From an uncultured Nitrospiraceae bacterium (GTDB taxonomy: Bacteria > Nitrospirota > Nitrospiria > Nitrospirales > Nitrospiraceae), in the NCBI GenBank assembly GCA_963846575.1, contig CAWJWJ010000002.1, positions 320,001 to 384,000 on the forward strand: a DNA stretch of 64,000 bases, read 5' to 3'. The notes under the pieces were generated by a model, which was given only the letters and a program-made list of their open reading frames with translations, ran no database searches and was not told where the DNA came from. The stretch's first letter is position 1; every line of letters starts with the position of its first letter. Positions 40,057 to 49,614 of the stretch are shown piece after piece. A program made the translations under genes and the position numbers.

Positions 40057-40757
40057 TCTCTGTCGTAATTCCCGTCTACAACGAAGCACGCGCGCTGCCT
40101 GTCACGTTGCCGCGCTTATTCGAACAAGGCGGCGACTATGAAGTCATTATCGTGGATGGAGGGAGCAACGACCGGACCTGTGAAATTGTGAGGTCTCTCC
40201 TGGTCGACTCCCTCCATGCAGCTCACGGCAAGGCCCTCTTGATGAGCGCACGGAAAGGACGGGCCTCGCAGATGAATGCAGGCGCCACGGTGGCACGCGG
40301 AGAGTGGTTGCTGTTCCTCCATGCCGATACCGTCTTGCCGGCTCATGCGCTCACCCGGCTGAATACCTTGGAGTCGAACATCGGCGTACAGGCCGGCGGT
40401 TTCCATCATCAGTTTGGGGGCGCAGACTGGCGACTTCGGCTGATCTCGTGGCTCGACAATATTCGCTGCGTACGAAGCCGTATCATATACGGTGACCAGG
40501 CGTTGTTCGTGCGGCGGTCTTTATTTGAGCAACTCGGCGGCTTCCCCAATCAATTGATTCTGGAGGATGTGGCGTTCTGTGAGACGTTGTTACGGGTCAC
40601 GACGCCTGTGCTCCTGGAGCCGGCGGTGGTGACGGATGCCCGCAAGTTTCTCCAAATGGGTGTCTGGCGAAGTTTTATCCGCGTGTTGCTCATTATCCTG
40701 CACGTGGAATACAGGCTGCCCTATCTCCCGCGTGTGTTTTTTCAGGATATTCGATGA
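40053..40757 (+). CDS. GT2 glycosyltransferase, TIGR04283-like (arsenosugar/rSAM-selenodomain associated)
   Basis: ISVVIPVYNE, VDGGSND, GRASQMNAGA, LFLHADT, YGDQALFV, LEDV, TDARKF; ATGA overlap. Confidence 0.85.
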   Translation: MISVVIPVYNEARALPVTLPRLFEQGGDYEVIIVDGGSNDRTCEIVRSLLVDSLHAAHGKALLMSARKGRASQMNAGATVARGEWLLFLHADTVLPAHALTRLNTLESNIGVQAGGFHHQFGGADWRLRLISWLDNIRCVRSRIIYGDQALFVRRSLFEQLGGFPNQLILEDVAFCETLLRVTTPVLLEPAVVTDARKFLQMGVWRSFIRVLLIILHVEYRLPYLPRVFFQDIR

Positions 40758-40898
40758 CCTTCCCTCGAATCCGGTTCCTGTCGTGCAGCAGGTCCTACCA
40801 GGAAGACCCGGAAAACACCCAATTCGTTGTCAACGCTCTCGACACCCTGTACGTTGGTTTGAACGAGAGTGGAGCGTCGGATAACCAAAGGAGGAAAT

Positions 40899-41216
40899 AT
40901 GCAGAAGGTGATTTGGAGTGCGGCCTTGTTGTCGCTCGGGATCGCGTCGTTAGCCATGGCCCAGGCGGAGACGCCGGTGATGGATCAGCGTCAGGCCAAT
41001 CAGGAGAAACGGATTGATCAGGGCATCGCGAGCGGCCAGCTGACAGAGCGAGAGGCCAACCGGTTGAACAATCAGCAGACACATATCAACAACATGGAGG
41101 ACAAGGCCAAATCCGATGGCGTCGTGACAAAGAAGGAGCGGACGAAAATCGCGAAAGCACAGGATCGCGCATCACGCCGTATTGCTCGTCAGAAACATGA
41201 TGCCCAGAAAAGGTAA
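40899..41216 (+). CDS. Small secreted helical repeat protein
   Basis: AGGAGG RBS; signal peptide; GQLTEREANRL and GVVTKKERTKI repeat. Confidence 0.82.
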   Translation: MQKVIWSAALLSLGIASLAMAQAETPVMDQRQANQEKRIDQGIASGQLTEREANRLNNQQTHINNMEDKAKSDGVVTKKERTKIAKAQDRASRRIARQKHDAQKR

Positions 41217-41259
41217 TCAGCCCTCCTCGGCCCATGGCCTGTAGCGGGTAACGAATTTG

Positions 41260-41281
41260 TTGTCCCCTTCGAGAGGGACAA
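41260..41281. terminator. Hairpin, probable terminator
   Basis: TTGTCCC-N8-GGGACAA downstream of the 41216 stop. Confidence 0.4.
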
Positions 41282-41466
41282 GCAGATACGCTCTTCATCT
41301 TGAGTTCAACGTGCCGCCCACAATGTCAGTTGTGGACGGCATGGTTGTTTATGCACGCGGCGATTCCGGTCAGATGGCCCGCGTGTGGACCTGTGAGTGC
41401 CCGGTGTAATTTTATCTCTGAATGGAGTCACTGAATCGGCTCGCTCGATCCTGCTAAAATGCTCCC

Positions 41467-44142
41467 ATGGATCTCATCACGACGCATGTCAATGCGGATT
41501 TCGACGGCTTGGCCTCCATGGTTGGCGCGCAAAAGCTGTATCCCGGCGCCATACTGGTTTTTTCCGGGGGGGCGCAGGAGACCGTGCGGAATTTTCTGGC
41601 TACCCATCAGGTAGACATCAGCCGGCTCAAGGATGTGGCGCTCGAACAGGTGCGCCGGCTCATTCTGGTGGATGTTGAGGAGCCGGATCGGCTTGGTCCA
41701 ATGACCATGCTCAGTTCACGTTCAGATGTAGAAGTGCATATCTTCGATCATCATGGAAATCATGGGGGCGACGCAGAACAGCGGCCATCTCCATGGCCCC
41801 TGGTCACGCGTCGACAGGTGGAGGCGGTTGGAGCCACGACCACGCTTGTCGTGGAGCGTCTGAAAGAGCGGCACCTGCCGGTCACCCCCTTTGAAGCGAC
41901 CATTCTGGCGCTTGGTCTCTATGAAGAGACCGGATCACTAGCCTTTCCCTCCACCACTCCGCGGGATGTGGATGCTGCGGCCTTCGTCCTGCGCGCGGGA
42001 GCCGATCTGAACGTGGTCGCAGACACGTTACGACACCCGCTGGATCCCGACTTGATTGCGTTGCTGAACGATCTGCTGCAATCCGGGGAGATCTATTATC
42101 TCGAAGGACGGAAAATACTGGTGGCGGGCAGCACCTATGCGCGCTATCGAGGGGATCTGGCGGAAGCGGTTCACCGCCTGGCGGAGTTGCAGGGCCTGGA
42201 CGCAGTCATCGTCGCAATCGCCCTGGACGACAAGGTTGAAATCATCGGGCGTAGTCGCCGGCCTGAGATCGATATCGCATGGATCGCGCGTGAATTCGGC
42301 GGGGGTGGACATGCCGTCGCGGCAGCCGCCAGTGTGAAAGGGCGGACGCTGGTCGAAGTGCGGGAGCAACTGACCCGTCTGCTGACGCAGCGCTACCGGC
42401 CCGCGCTGTTCGCCCGGGATGTCATGACGCGACCGGTCAAATCGATTGCCGGGGATGCGACGGTCTCCGAAGCCGAACGGACGATGACCACGTGCGGGGT
42501 CAACGTCCTGCCGGTCCTCGACCGGAAAAAGCGGTATGCCGGGATCATTTCACGTGAGATCGTGCAGAAAGCGCTGTTTCATCGCCTGGGGAATCAACCG
42601 GTCGAAGAGTTCGCCAGAAGTGATCAGTACAGCGCGCAACCGGATACGCCGTATCACGACATCGAATCACGGATGATCGAGTTGAATCAGCGTTTCGTGC
42701 CGGTGTTGCTCGGCGACCGGGCCGTGGGAGTCATTACGCGAACCGATCTGCTCCGAACTCTTCATGACGACGTGCTCGTGGCTGCCCGCGCCAAGCCGAA
42801 ATCGCTCATGGGATTGGACTCCATGGACGGGGTTCGACGGCGGGAAGTTGGCGGGCTGTTGCGCGATAGACTCCCTCAGGCGGTGCTGGACCTGCTTCGC
42901 AGGGGAGGCGAATTGGCGGAGCGACTGGGCTTTTCGGCTTATGTCGTGGGAGGGTTTGTGCGCGATCTGCTGCTGGGCATCGATAACCTGGATGTGGACT
43001 TCGTGATTGAAGGCGATGGCATTGCCTTTGCGCGCACCCTGGCTAAAGACAAGGGCGCACGCCTTACGGTTCACGACCGTTTTGGCACGGCGGTGGTGGT
43101 GTTTTCAGATGGATATAAGTTGGACGTGGCGACGGCCCGCACTGAATATTACGAATATCCGACCGCCTTGCCCACGGTCGAACAGAGTTCTATCAAAAAG
43201 GACCTCTACCGCCGCGACTTTACGATCAATACCCTGGCGGTCAGACTCAATCCGCAACCATTCGGCCAGTTGATTGACTTCTATGGAGGTCAGCGGGATC
43301 TCAAGGAACGCAACATCCGGGTGCTTCACAGTTTGAGTTTTGTGGAGGATCCGACGCGGGTGTTTCGCGCCATTCGTTTTGAACTGCGGTTCGGGTTCCG
43401 TCTGAGCAAGGAGACGCTGACGCTGATTAAAGGTGCGGTCAAGATGGAATTATTTCATCGATTGTCCGGCCAGCGACTGTTGGATGAACTGCGACTGCTG
43501 TTTTCAGAGCGGACGCCACGGCATGCAGTCCGCAGGCTGTCGGATCTCGATCTCTTGCGGTTCATCCATCCGAATCTGGTGTGGTCGAGTCGACTGGACC
43601 GGCGGTTGATCGAGCTGGAGGAGGCCTTGGATTGGTACAGGCTTTCCTGCCTCGACCGGGCCATGAGTGGATGGCTGGTGTATCTCATGGCACTAGCCGA
43701 CCTCTTGCCGGACCAATCCGTCCGTGATCTCCTCGCACGATTCCCCTTCACGCAGCCAGAGCGAGACTCCATCACCGCGGCACGATTCCACACGCAGCAG
43801 ATCTGCCGGCAACTCGGCCGGCGCTCGCCATTAAGTCCGTCGGAGACCGTACGGTTGCTGACCGGCCTGTCTAACGAGACTCTCATCTTTCTCCTGGCAA
43901 AAAACAAACCGGCATCGGCGAAGCGGCACATCGCTGCCTACCTCACGACCTATCAGTCCCTCAAACCTGTGTTAACAGGAAAAGACCTCAAGGCACTCGG
44001 CCTATTGCCTGGTCCGCTCTTCAGCAGGATCCTGGCGCGTTTGACGGAGGCACGGCTGGATGGTGAGGTGAACAGTGAGGCGGAGGAACGGGAACTGGTC
44101 AAACAGATCGTCGGTAAAGATCCGGGGAAATCTCAGCAGTAA
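41467..44142 (+). CDS. DHH-CBS-fused tRNA nucleotidyltransferase (CCA- or A-adding)
   Basis: HVNADFD, FDHH, GGGGH; CBS pair; VGGFVRD, DVDF, RRDFTIN, EDPTR. Confidence 0.88.
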   Translation: MDLITTHVNADFDGLASMVGAQKLYPGAILVFSGGAQETVRNFLATHQVDISRLKDVALEQVRRLILVDVEEPDRLGPMTMLSSRSDVEVHIFDHHGNHGGDAEQRPSPWPLVTRRQVEAVGATTTLVVERLKERHLPVTPFEATILALGLYEETGSLAFPSTTPRDVDAAAFVLRAGADLNVVADTLRHPLDPDLIALLNDLLQSGEIYYLEGRKILVAGSTYARYRGDLAEAVHRLAELQGLDAVIVAIALDDKVEIIGRSRRPEIDIAWIAREFGGGGHAVAAAASVKGRTLVEVREQLTRLLTQRYRPALFARDVMTRPVKSIAGDATVSEAERTMTTCGVNVLPVLDRKKRYAGIISREIVQKALFHRLGNQPVEEFARSDQYSAQPDTPYHDIESRMIELNQRFVPVLLGDRAVGVITRTDLLRTLHDDVLVAARAKPKSLMGLDSMDGVRRREVGGLLRDRLPQAVLDLLRRGGELAERLGFSAYVVGGFVRDLLLGIDNLDVDFVIEGDGIAFARTLAKDKGARLTVHDRFGTAVVVFSDGYKLDVATARTEYYEYPTALPTVEQSSIKKDLYRRDFTINTLAVRLNPQPFGQLIDFYGGQRDLKERNIRVLHSLSFVEDPTRVFRAIRFELRFGFRLSKETLTLIKGAVKMELFHRLSGQRLLDELRLLFSERTPRHAVRRLSDLDLLRFIHPNLVWSSRLDRRLIELEEALDWYRLSCLDRAMSGWLVYLMALADLLPDQSVRDLLARFPFTQPERDSITAARFHTQQICRQLGRRSPLSPSETVRLLTGLSNETLIFLLAKNKPASAKRHIAAYLTTYQSLKPVLTGKDLKALGLLPGPLFSRILARLTEARLDGEVNSEAEERELVKQIVGKDPGKSQQ

Positions 44143-44255
44143 TTCTTTGTGACGAGGATAATGAGAGAGCCGACAGGTGCACCGGTCTCTCCTTCGAGTG
44201 AGCGTACGAGAGCGCCATCGCGTGGTGAGCAGTCGGCGCTTACCTGAGGCGCGTG

Positions 44256-44456
44256 TTATGCCAATGGCTCAACCGGCTCGAGTGCGTCGTCGATTTCGAC
44301 GGGGCGAGCTGTTTTTTCCATTGCGGCGAGAATGCCGTCATAGACGATGCGAGCCGCGTCCGACCATTTCTTGTTGAACGGGCGACCAGTAAAGGCGGCT
44401 TCAGCCGCCTTTTTCTCATCGTGAGTAATCTCTCGAGGTGCCAGCGTAGTGTCCAT
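44256..44456 (-). CDS. Small hypothetical protein (66 aa)
   Basis: Fills a gap; preceded by TTGACA-N16-TATTAT. Confidence 0.7.
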   Translation of the reverse strand: MDTTLAPREITHDEKKAAEAAFTGRPFNKKWSDAARIVYDGILAAMEKTARPVEIDDALEPVEPLA

Positions 44457-44463
44457 ACGAATA

Positions 44464-44491
44464 ATAATAGATCGCTTCAGTGCATTGTCAA
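44464..44491 (-). promoter_or_regulatory. Sigma70 promoter, probably leaderless
   Basis: TTGACA-N16-TATTAT then 7 nt to ATG, no SD. Confidence 0.55.
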
Positions 44492-44522
44492 GGACTCATA
44501 CCATAGACGAGGATCGACCTCC

Positions 44523-45518
44523 CTATGGACGCGTCGTGAAGCCGGACTCAGGGAGAGGTGGCAATATGCGGTTCAATTCAGCCTGTTGCGCTGCAAGGAA
44601 TGCCAACGCCTCGCTCTGAGTGGTGCGCGTGAACGAGAGGTGATCGCCGGGGCATAACTGCGCTGCCGGAGAACGGTCTGCGGCAATCATTGTCGCGAGT
44701 ACGGGATACCCACCGGTTGTCTGGGAATCTGCCATAAGCAAAATCGGCTGCCCGGCGGCCGGCACCTGAATCGTGCCACAAGTCACGGCATGAGATACGA
44801 TGTCGGCCGGTGTTTGATGTGTCAGCGCCGTTCCAAGCAGACAATATCCCATCCGGTCGCATTTCGAGGTCAGCTGATAAGGTTTTTCCGTCAGGACGTG
44901 CAGCGCTTGCGGAGAGAAGCGATCGGCCTGCGGGCCGGGCACGATTCTGACCGTCGGGGAGTTGGAATAGTGCGGCCGATGCGGCAGGGGAAGCGCACGA
45001 CCTACGTATTGTGACGCATGTGCCGGGAGTGCCGCTCCTGTTCCGAGGCGATCTCCCTTTACAAGCGCGCGGCCTCCGAGGCTCCCCACCCGGCTGTGGA
45101 GATGGGTGGATCGGCTTCCAAGGATCAGCGGACCATCAAGGCCCCCCGCAATAGCGATGTAGGCACGGGTCCCTTGTAGCCGCACGCCGAACTGTAACCG
45201 GGTTCCTTTCCGCATCACAATCACCGTCCACATGGGCAGGGGGCAACCATCGCTGGAGGGCGAAAGATCCGCACCCGTGATCGTGAGCGTCGTGGACTGT
45301 TCGAAGAGCAAGTCCGGTCCCTGGACCGTCACTTCCAATCCGGCGGCCTGATCTGGGTTGCCGAGCAAACGATTGCCGACGATGAGCGCCCAACGGTCCA
45401 TCGCGCCGCTGATCGAGACGCCGAACCGTTGATAGCCCAGTCGCCCCAGGTCTTGGATGGTCGTCAACATACCCGGGCGCAGGACCTGGATACAGGGCCG
45501 ATCCTGATCAGATGGCAT
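44523..45518 (-). CDS. pxpC: 5-oxoprolinase subunit C
   Basis: TTIQDLGRLGY, SGAMD, GSRST, DRMGY, GTIQVP, QTTGGYP. Confidence 0.9.
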   Translation of the reverse strand: MPSDQDRPCIQVLRPGMLTTIQDLGRLGYQRFGVSISGAMDRWALIVGNRLLGNPDQAAGLEVTVQGPDLLFEQSTTLTITGADLSPSSDGCPLPMWTVIVMRKGTRLQFGVRLQGTRAYIAIAGGLDGPLILGSRSTHLHSRVGSLGGRALVKGDRLGTGAALPAHASQYVGRALPLPHRPHYSNSPTVRIVPGPQADRFSPQALHVLTEKPYQLTSKCDRMGYCLLGTALTHQTPADIVSHAVTCGTIQVPAAGQPILLMADSQTTGGYPVLATMIAADRSPAAQLCPGDHLSFTRTTQSEALAFLAAQQAELNRILPPLPESGFTTRP

Positions 45519-46284
45519 GGTCCAGTCGCATCACAGAAATTTGTCCATCGTCCAGCATCCTCCGCAAAGCATGGCCCAGCCGCAGGGCATCCGGAGTATC
45601 GCCGTGCAGACAGAGGGTATCGATGCGAAGGTGGAGGATGGTTCCGTCGACCGCTGCGAGCGTGCCCTCGTGGATCAGCGAGTGTGCGCGTGAGACGACG
45701 GTTGATTCATCGTGGATCAGAGCGCCCGGCCGGTCGCGGGGGACAAGTTGTCCGTCAGGTTGGTAGCCCCGATCAGCAAATCCTTCGGCGGCCACTGCCA
45801 GCCCGCACGCCGTTCCCGCGGCGAGGAGTTCGGATCCGGCCAATCCGACCAAGATCAACCGCCGGTCGATCCGTTCCAGTCCTACGGCTATGGCATCGGC
45901 CACCGTGCGATTGCGAACGGCCAGGTTGTAAAGTGCCCCGTGGGGTTTGACGTGGGTGAGTCGAACCCCTTCCGACTGACTAATGGCCATGAGCTCGCCC
46001 ACCTGCGAGAGAACCAACTCCTGCACAAATTCGGTGGACAATGGCTGCTCACGACGCCCGCGCGTCTCCTTATCCGGCAGCCCGGGGTGAGCTCCGATGG
46101 CGAGGTCATGCTGACGGGCGAGTTGCACCGTACGACGCATCAGGGCCGCGTTGCCCGCATGGGCGCCGCAGGCGATGCTCACAGAGGTGACGTAGGCCAT
46201 CAGGCGCGCCTCCACATCCAATTGCTCCTGCGTCGACGCCTCCCCTAGATCGCAATTGATGTCGATGGCACGCGGCTGATTCAT
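45508..46284 (-). CDS. pxpA: 5-oxoprolinase subunit A (LamB/YcsF)
   Basis: DINCDLGE, ACGAHAG, HVKPHGALYN, FADRGY, CLHGD. Confidence 0.92.
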   Translation of the reverse strand: MNQPRAIDINCDLGEASTQEQLDVEARLMAYVTSVSIACGAHAGNAALMRRTVQLARQHDLAIGAHPGLPDKETRGRREQPLSTEFVQELVLSQVGELMAISQSEGVRLTHVKPHGALYNLAVRNRTVADAIAVGLERIDRRLILVGLAGSELLAAGTACGLAVAAEGFADRGYQPDGQLVPRDRPGALIHDESTVVSRAHSLIHEGTLAAVDGTILHLRIDTLCLHGDTPDALRLGHALRRMLDDGQISVMRLDHAI

Positions 46285-46973
46285 GCCTGCTCCGACGAGA
46301 GATTGCGGAATTCCGTTATGTCGATCGGGATAAATTGCACCTGATCTCCGGCGGCGACCAGAAAGGGCTGAGGCCTGGTGAGATCGAAAAGCCGAACAGG
46401 CGTCCGTCCGATAATGCGCCATCCCCCCGGGCTGGGTTGAGGATAGATGCCCGTTTGCTGCCCGGCGATGCCCACCGATCCTGCCGCGACCTGCCTGCGC
46501 GGCGTGGCTAATCGCGGGGCCGTGAGGAGATCCGGTACCAGGCCCATATAGGGAAAGCCGGGGCTGAATCCTATCATGTAGACACGATAAATTACCGACG
46601 TATGCAGGGAGACGACGGCGGAAGGCGCGATCCCGGCATGGTCTGCGACGCCGATCAGGTCTGGTCCCACGTCCCCACCGTAACAGACGGGGATTCGATG
46701 GGTAGTGCGAATTGTCTCTGCCGCCGGTGAAGAAGTGTTGATGAGCGATAGGAGTTGGTCCGTCAAGGCCGCGGCATCGGTGCATAACGGGTTGAAGTAA
46801 ATCGTGACCGCGCAATAGGTCGGTACCACGTCCAGGACGCCGGGAATGGCAGCCCCTTCAACCGTCGCAGCAAAGGCTAACACCAGTGCGTTGGTCTGAA
46901 CGTCGATGGTCGAACCGAATTCGACGGTCACGCCCTGCTCACTGAACGGGACGATGCGTGGGATGATGTTCAC
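46281..46973 (-). CDS. pxpB: 5-oxoprolinase subunit B
   Basis: DVVPTY, IPVCYGG, GFSPGFPY, QTGIYP, PGGWRIIG; GTG start inferred. Confidence 0.9.
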   Translation of the reverse strand: MNIIPRIVPFSEQGVTVEFGSTIDVQTNALVLAFAATVEGAAIPGVLDVVPTYCAVTIYFNPLCTDAAALTDQLLSLINTSSPAAETIRTTHRIPVCYGGDVGPDLIGVADHAGIAPSAVVSLHTSVIYRVYMIGFSPGFPYMGLVPDLLTAPRLATPRRQVAAGSVGIAGQQTGIYPQPSPGGWRIIGRTPVRLFDLTRPQPFLVAAGDQVQFIPIDITEFRNLSSEQA

Positions 46974-47147
46974 AGGTCGCTCGGCGACGAGCCAGTGATC
47001 GAACGTCGCGTCATCATTCGGGCAGAGGATTCCTTTGGATGCCATGCAAGGAAAACACGAGCTGTGGATGCCGCCCAAGGCTACGGGGGAGAAAGTGCTC
47101 TGTCAAGGTGAACGCGGCGCGGCGAGCATGGTATAGTCGCCTCCAAT

Positions 47148-47786
47148 ATGCCAAGGGTAGATTATTATCAGGTGCTCGGTGTCTCCCGCGATGTCACCGA
47201 TGATGACATCAGGAAAGCCTACCGGAGGCTCGTCTTCCAGCATCATCCCGACCGCAATCCGAACAGCACGAAGGCCGAGGAAAAAATCCGTGAAATCAAT
47301 TCCGCCTACGAAGTTTTGGGCGATTCGGAGAGTCGGCGGACCTATGATCGGCTGCATTGGGGGGAGGAGACGCGAAATGAAGCCATTGACCCGTCCTTCA
47401 TTCTCGATGAAATGGAAAAGAAACTTTTCGATGAAGGACGCAAGGAGGTCTTCGCCGTCCTCATGACGATGCTGCCGCGGGTGAAAGCGGAACTGGCGAT
47501 AGTTCGCGAGCGGACGGTGGCGCATCAGGGCTACGACTCATTCAAGGTCTCCATTGTGGACGCGCGCGCGGCTGAGGTGATTGAGGAGTTCGTCACTCCT
47601 GAAATGGAGAAGCGAAAACAACGCCTCCTGGAGGTTGCGGTTCAAATGATGGTGTCGCAGTCGGTGGTGGCGCGTGGAGATGACGCAGGCATTCGAGCGC
47701 TGCGAGGCCAGTTGGATGAGGCGTTTCGAAAGGGTCGGATCAAAGGCTTTGCGACAGCGCTTGAATTGCTGTACGAGCGACGATAA
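47148..47786 (+). CDS. Class C J-domain protein
   Basis: DYYQVLGV, HHPDRN, INSAYEVL; unrecognised helical C-terminus. Confidence 0.88.
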   Translation: MPRVDYYQVLGVSRDVTDDDIRKAYRRLVFQHHPDRNPNSTKAEEKIREINSAYEVLGDSESRRTYDRLHWGEETRNEAIDPSFILDEMEKKLFDEGRKEVFAVLMTMLPRVKAELAIVRERTVAHQGYDSFKVSIVDARAAEVIEEFVTPEMEKRKQRLLEVAVQMMVSQSVVARGDDAGIRALRGQLDEAFRKGRIKGFATALELLYERR

Positions 47787-47806
47787 TCGGAGCGGGAGCG
47801 CGGAGA

Positions 47807-49015
47807 TCAGATTTGGGCGAGGGGCCCGGCTACAAATCGCCCGCCCTGCATGACCCCCATGATCCGCTCCCTCTGCAGCAGCCTCCCGATCGTCCTGAGA
47901 GGATTTCCCTCCACCAACAGCAAATCAGCCTGCTTGCCCACAGCAATCGTCCCGATATCCTTGTGTATCCCTAACAATCGCGACGCCGCCGAAGTACTTG
48001 TCATGATCGCCTCCATCGGTGCCATTCCGAACGCCACCATCCGTTCCAATTCCTGGGCATTGTCTCCGTGATGGTTGAATGGCGTGCCGGCATCCGTTCC
48101 GAGGGCAATGGGGATGCCGCGCCGCAGGGCCGCTCGAAAACTTTTTTCATGCTGCCGCACCATATTTTTGGCCTTGGTGCGCGCACTGTCGGGAATGCCG
48201 CACCCCACCGGACAGGCCGCAGTGGTCGCGAGAGCGGACAACGTCGGTACCATGAAGACGCCGCGTTGAGTCATCAGTTCAGCCGCCTCGTCATCCATGA
48301 GCGTGGCATGCTCAATGGACTGAACGCCTGCACGCAATGCATTTTTCATCCCGCTGGCTCCATGGGCATGGGCTGCCACAGGGCGGCCGTGTGCTCTGGC
48401 GACGTCAACGGCGGCCGTCAGTTCTTCGACGGTCATCTGCGCCTGGTCCGGCGAGGTGCCGGGAGTGAGCACGCCCCCGGAAGCAATGAGCTTGATGACC
48501 TCGGCGCCTGCGGCCAACTGATCCCGCACCGCCGCCTGTACGGCTTCGACCCCGGCCGCTTCGCGGCCGATGAAGCGCGCATGACCGCCGGGCATGCAAA
48601 TCGCGAGGCCGGCCGCAAGGATACGGGGCCCCGGCGTCATCCCGGACTCGATGGCTTGCTTCAGGGCGAAGACAGCATGGTCCCGAAATCCCACATCTCG
48701 CACGGTAGTAAAACCGGCGTGCAGCGTGCGGCGAGCCAACTCGGCGGCCTTGAGCAGGGTCAGGGTCGACGAATCCCGTTCCACCGCAGCCACGACGTCC
48801 GCCTCCGCTCCCAGGCACAGGTGAACGTGACAGTCGATGAGCCCTGGCAGGACGGTCAAACCTCGTCCGTCAATACGTCGGGCTCCTTTAGGGATCCGGA
48901 CGCTGCGGTCTGAGCCAACCGCCAGGATACGGCCGCCTTCGATCACGAGAGTGCCTCGCTCAAGTCTGTGGCCGAGGCCGTCGAGGATTCGAATCTGGCG
49001 AATGGCGATGGTCAT
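47807..49015 (-). CDS. Metal-dependent amidohydrolase (Xaa-Pro dipeptidase-like group)
   Basis: PGLIDCHVH, GFTTVRD, IKLIASGG, AHAHG, IEH, GTDAG. Confidence 0.9.
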   Translation of the reverse strand: MTIAIRQIRILDGLGHRLERGTLVIEGGRILAVGSDRSVRIPKGARRIDGRGLTVLPGLIDCHVHLCLGAEADVVAAVERDSSTLTLLKAAELARRTLHAGFTTVRDVGFRDHAVFALKQAIESGMTPGPRILAAGLAICMPGGHARFIGREAAGVEAVQAAVRDQLAAGAEVIKLIASGGVLTPGTSPDQAQMTVEELTAAVDVARAHGRPVAAHAHGASGMKNALRAGVQSIEHATLMDDEAAELMTQRGVFMVPTLSALATTAACPVGCGIPDSARTKAKNMVRQHEKSFRAALRRGIPIALGTDAGTPFNHHGDNAQELERMVAFGMAPMEAIMTSTSAASRLLGIHKDIGTIAVGKQADLLLVEGNPLRTIGRLLQRERIMGVMQGGRFVAGPLAQI

Positions 49016-49614
49016 GGCATCTCGGTGATGGGAATGGTCACAATGACGCCGCCCATAATATCGTTGAGCTGATAGTCACGGCGCGGACTGTTGGTGTGAT
49101 TATTGTGACAGGACACGCAGCTTTCAGAGACCGCCCGGTCAGCGTAAATACCTTGAAAATACCGGATCCCGGCCTGCTGATAAAACCCGGTATAGGGTTT
49201 ATCCGGGTTTTTTACGACGGCTTCCAGCCCACGCCGTTCGAAGTCACTGTTTGGCCCGTTCCACACGTAAATCGGCGTCAGGCTCGCAAGCCTGAAACTG
49301 AGTTTGAGATCCTTCTGCGCCACCAGACGTCCGGACTCAAGCAGGAATTGGGCTGGTAGCGGAAGGCCCTTCTCCTCTTTCCAATGTTCCAGCGCCTCGA
49401 CCACGCCCTGGTTGTGCAATTTGTCCACGACGTTCTGAGTGTAATTGGCGCGGTTCGCATCGATCACGGCTTGAATGAAGCCGGTGACGCGCTCCGGTGC
49501 CACCATATCGGCCCTATTCGAGTCAGCGACCGCGAGCGCGATCACCCAATACGTGATCGCGGCGACAAAGCCCGCGACCCCAGCTGCCACGATCCATAAC
49601 CCGCTTCGACTCAT
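49012..49614 (-). CDS. Membrane-anchored DUF3365-type c-type heme protein
   Basis: N-terminal TM, LPLPAQFL, NGPNSDFE, CVSCH, GGVIVTIP. Confidence 0.85.
   Translation of the reverse strand: MSRSGLWIVAAGVAGFVAAITYWVIALAVADSNRADMVAPERVTGFIQAVIDANRANYTQNVVDKLHNQGVVEALEHWKEEKGLPLPAQFLLESGRLVAQKDLKLSFRLASLTPIYVWNGPNSDFERRGLEAVVKNPDKPYTGFYQQAGIRYFQGIYADRAVSESCVSCHNNHTNSPRRDYQLNDIMGGVIVTIPITEMP

Noticed and set aside
34620..40757. Selenocysteine read-through at TGA stops in the cluster
   Set aside because: Proteins look complete at their stops, several of which abut the next gene's RBS or start; no SECIS-like hairpin recognised
46285..46815. N-terminal ORF extensions suggesting fusions (pxpA; also queG, Mo-oxidoreductase, REC-PAS)
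   Set aside because: Extensions overlap other genes or promoters; internal starts with RBS or coupling match family N-termini
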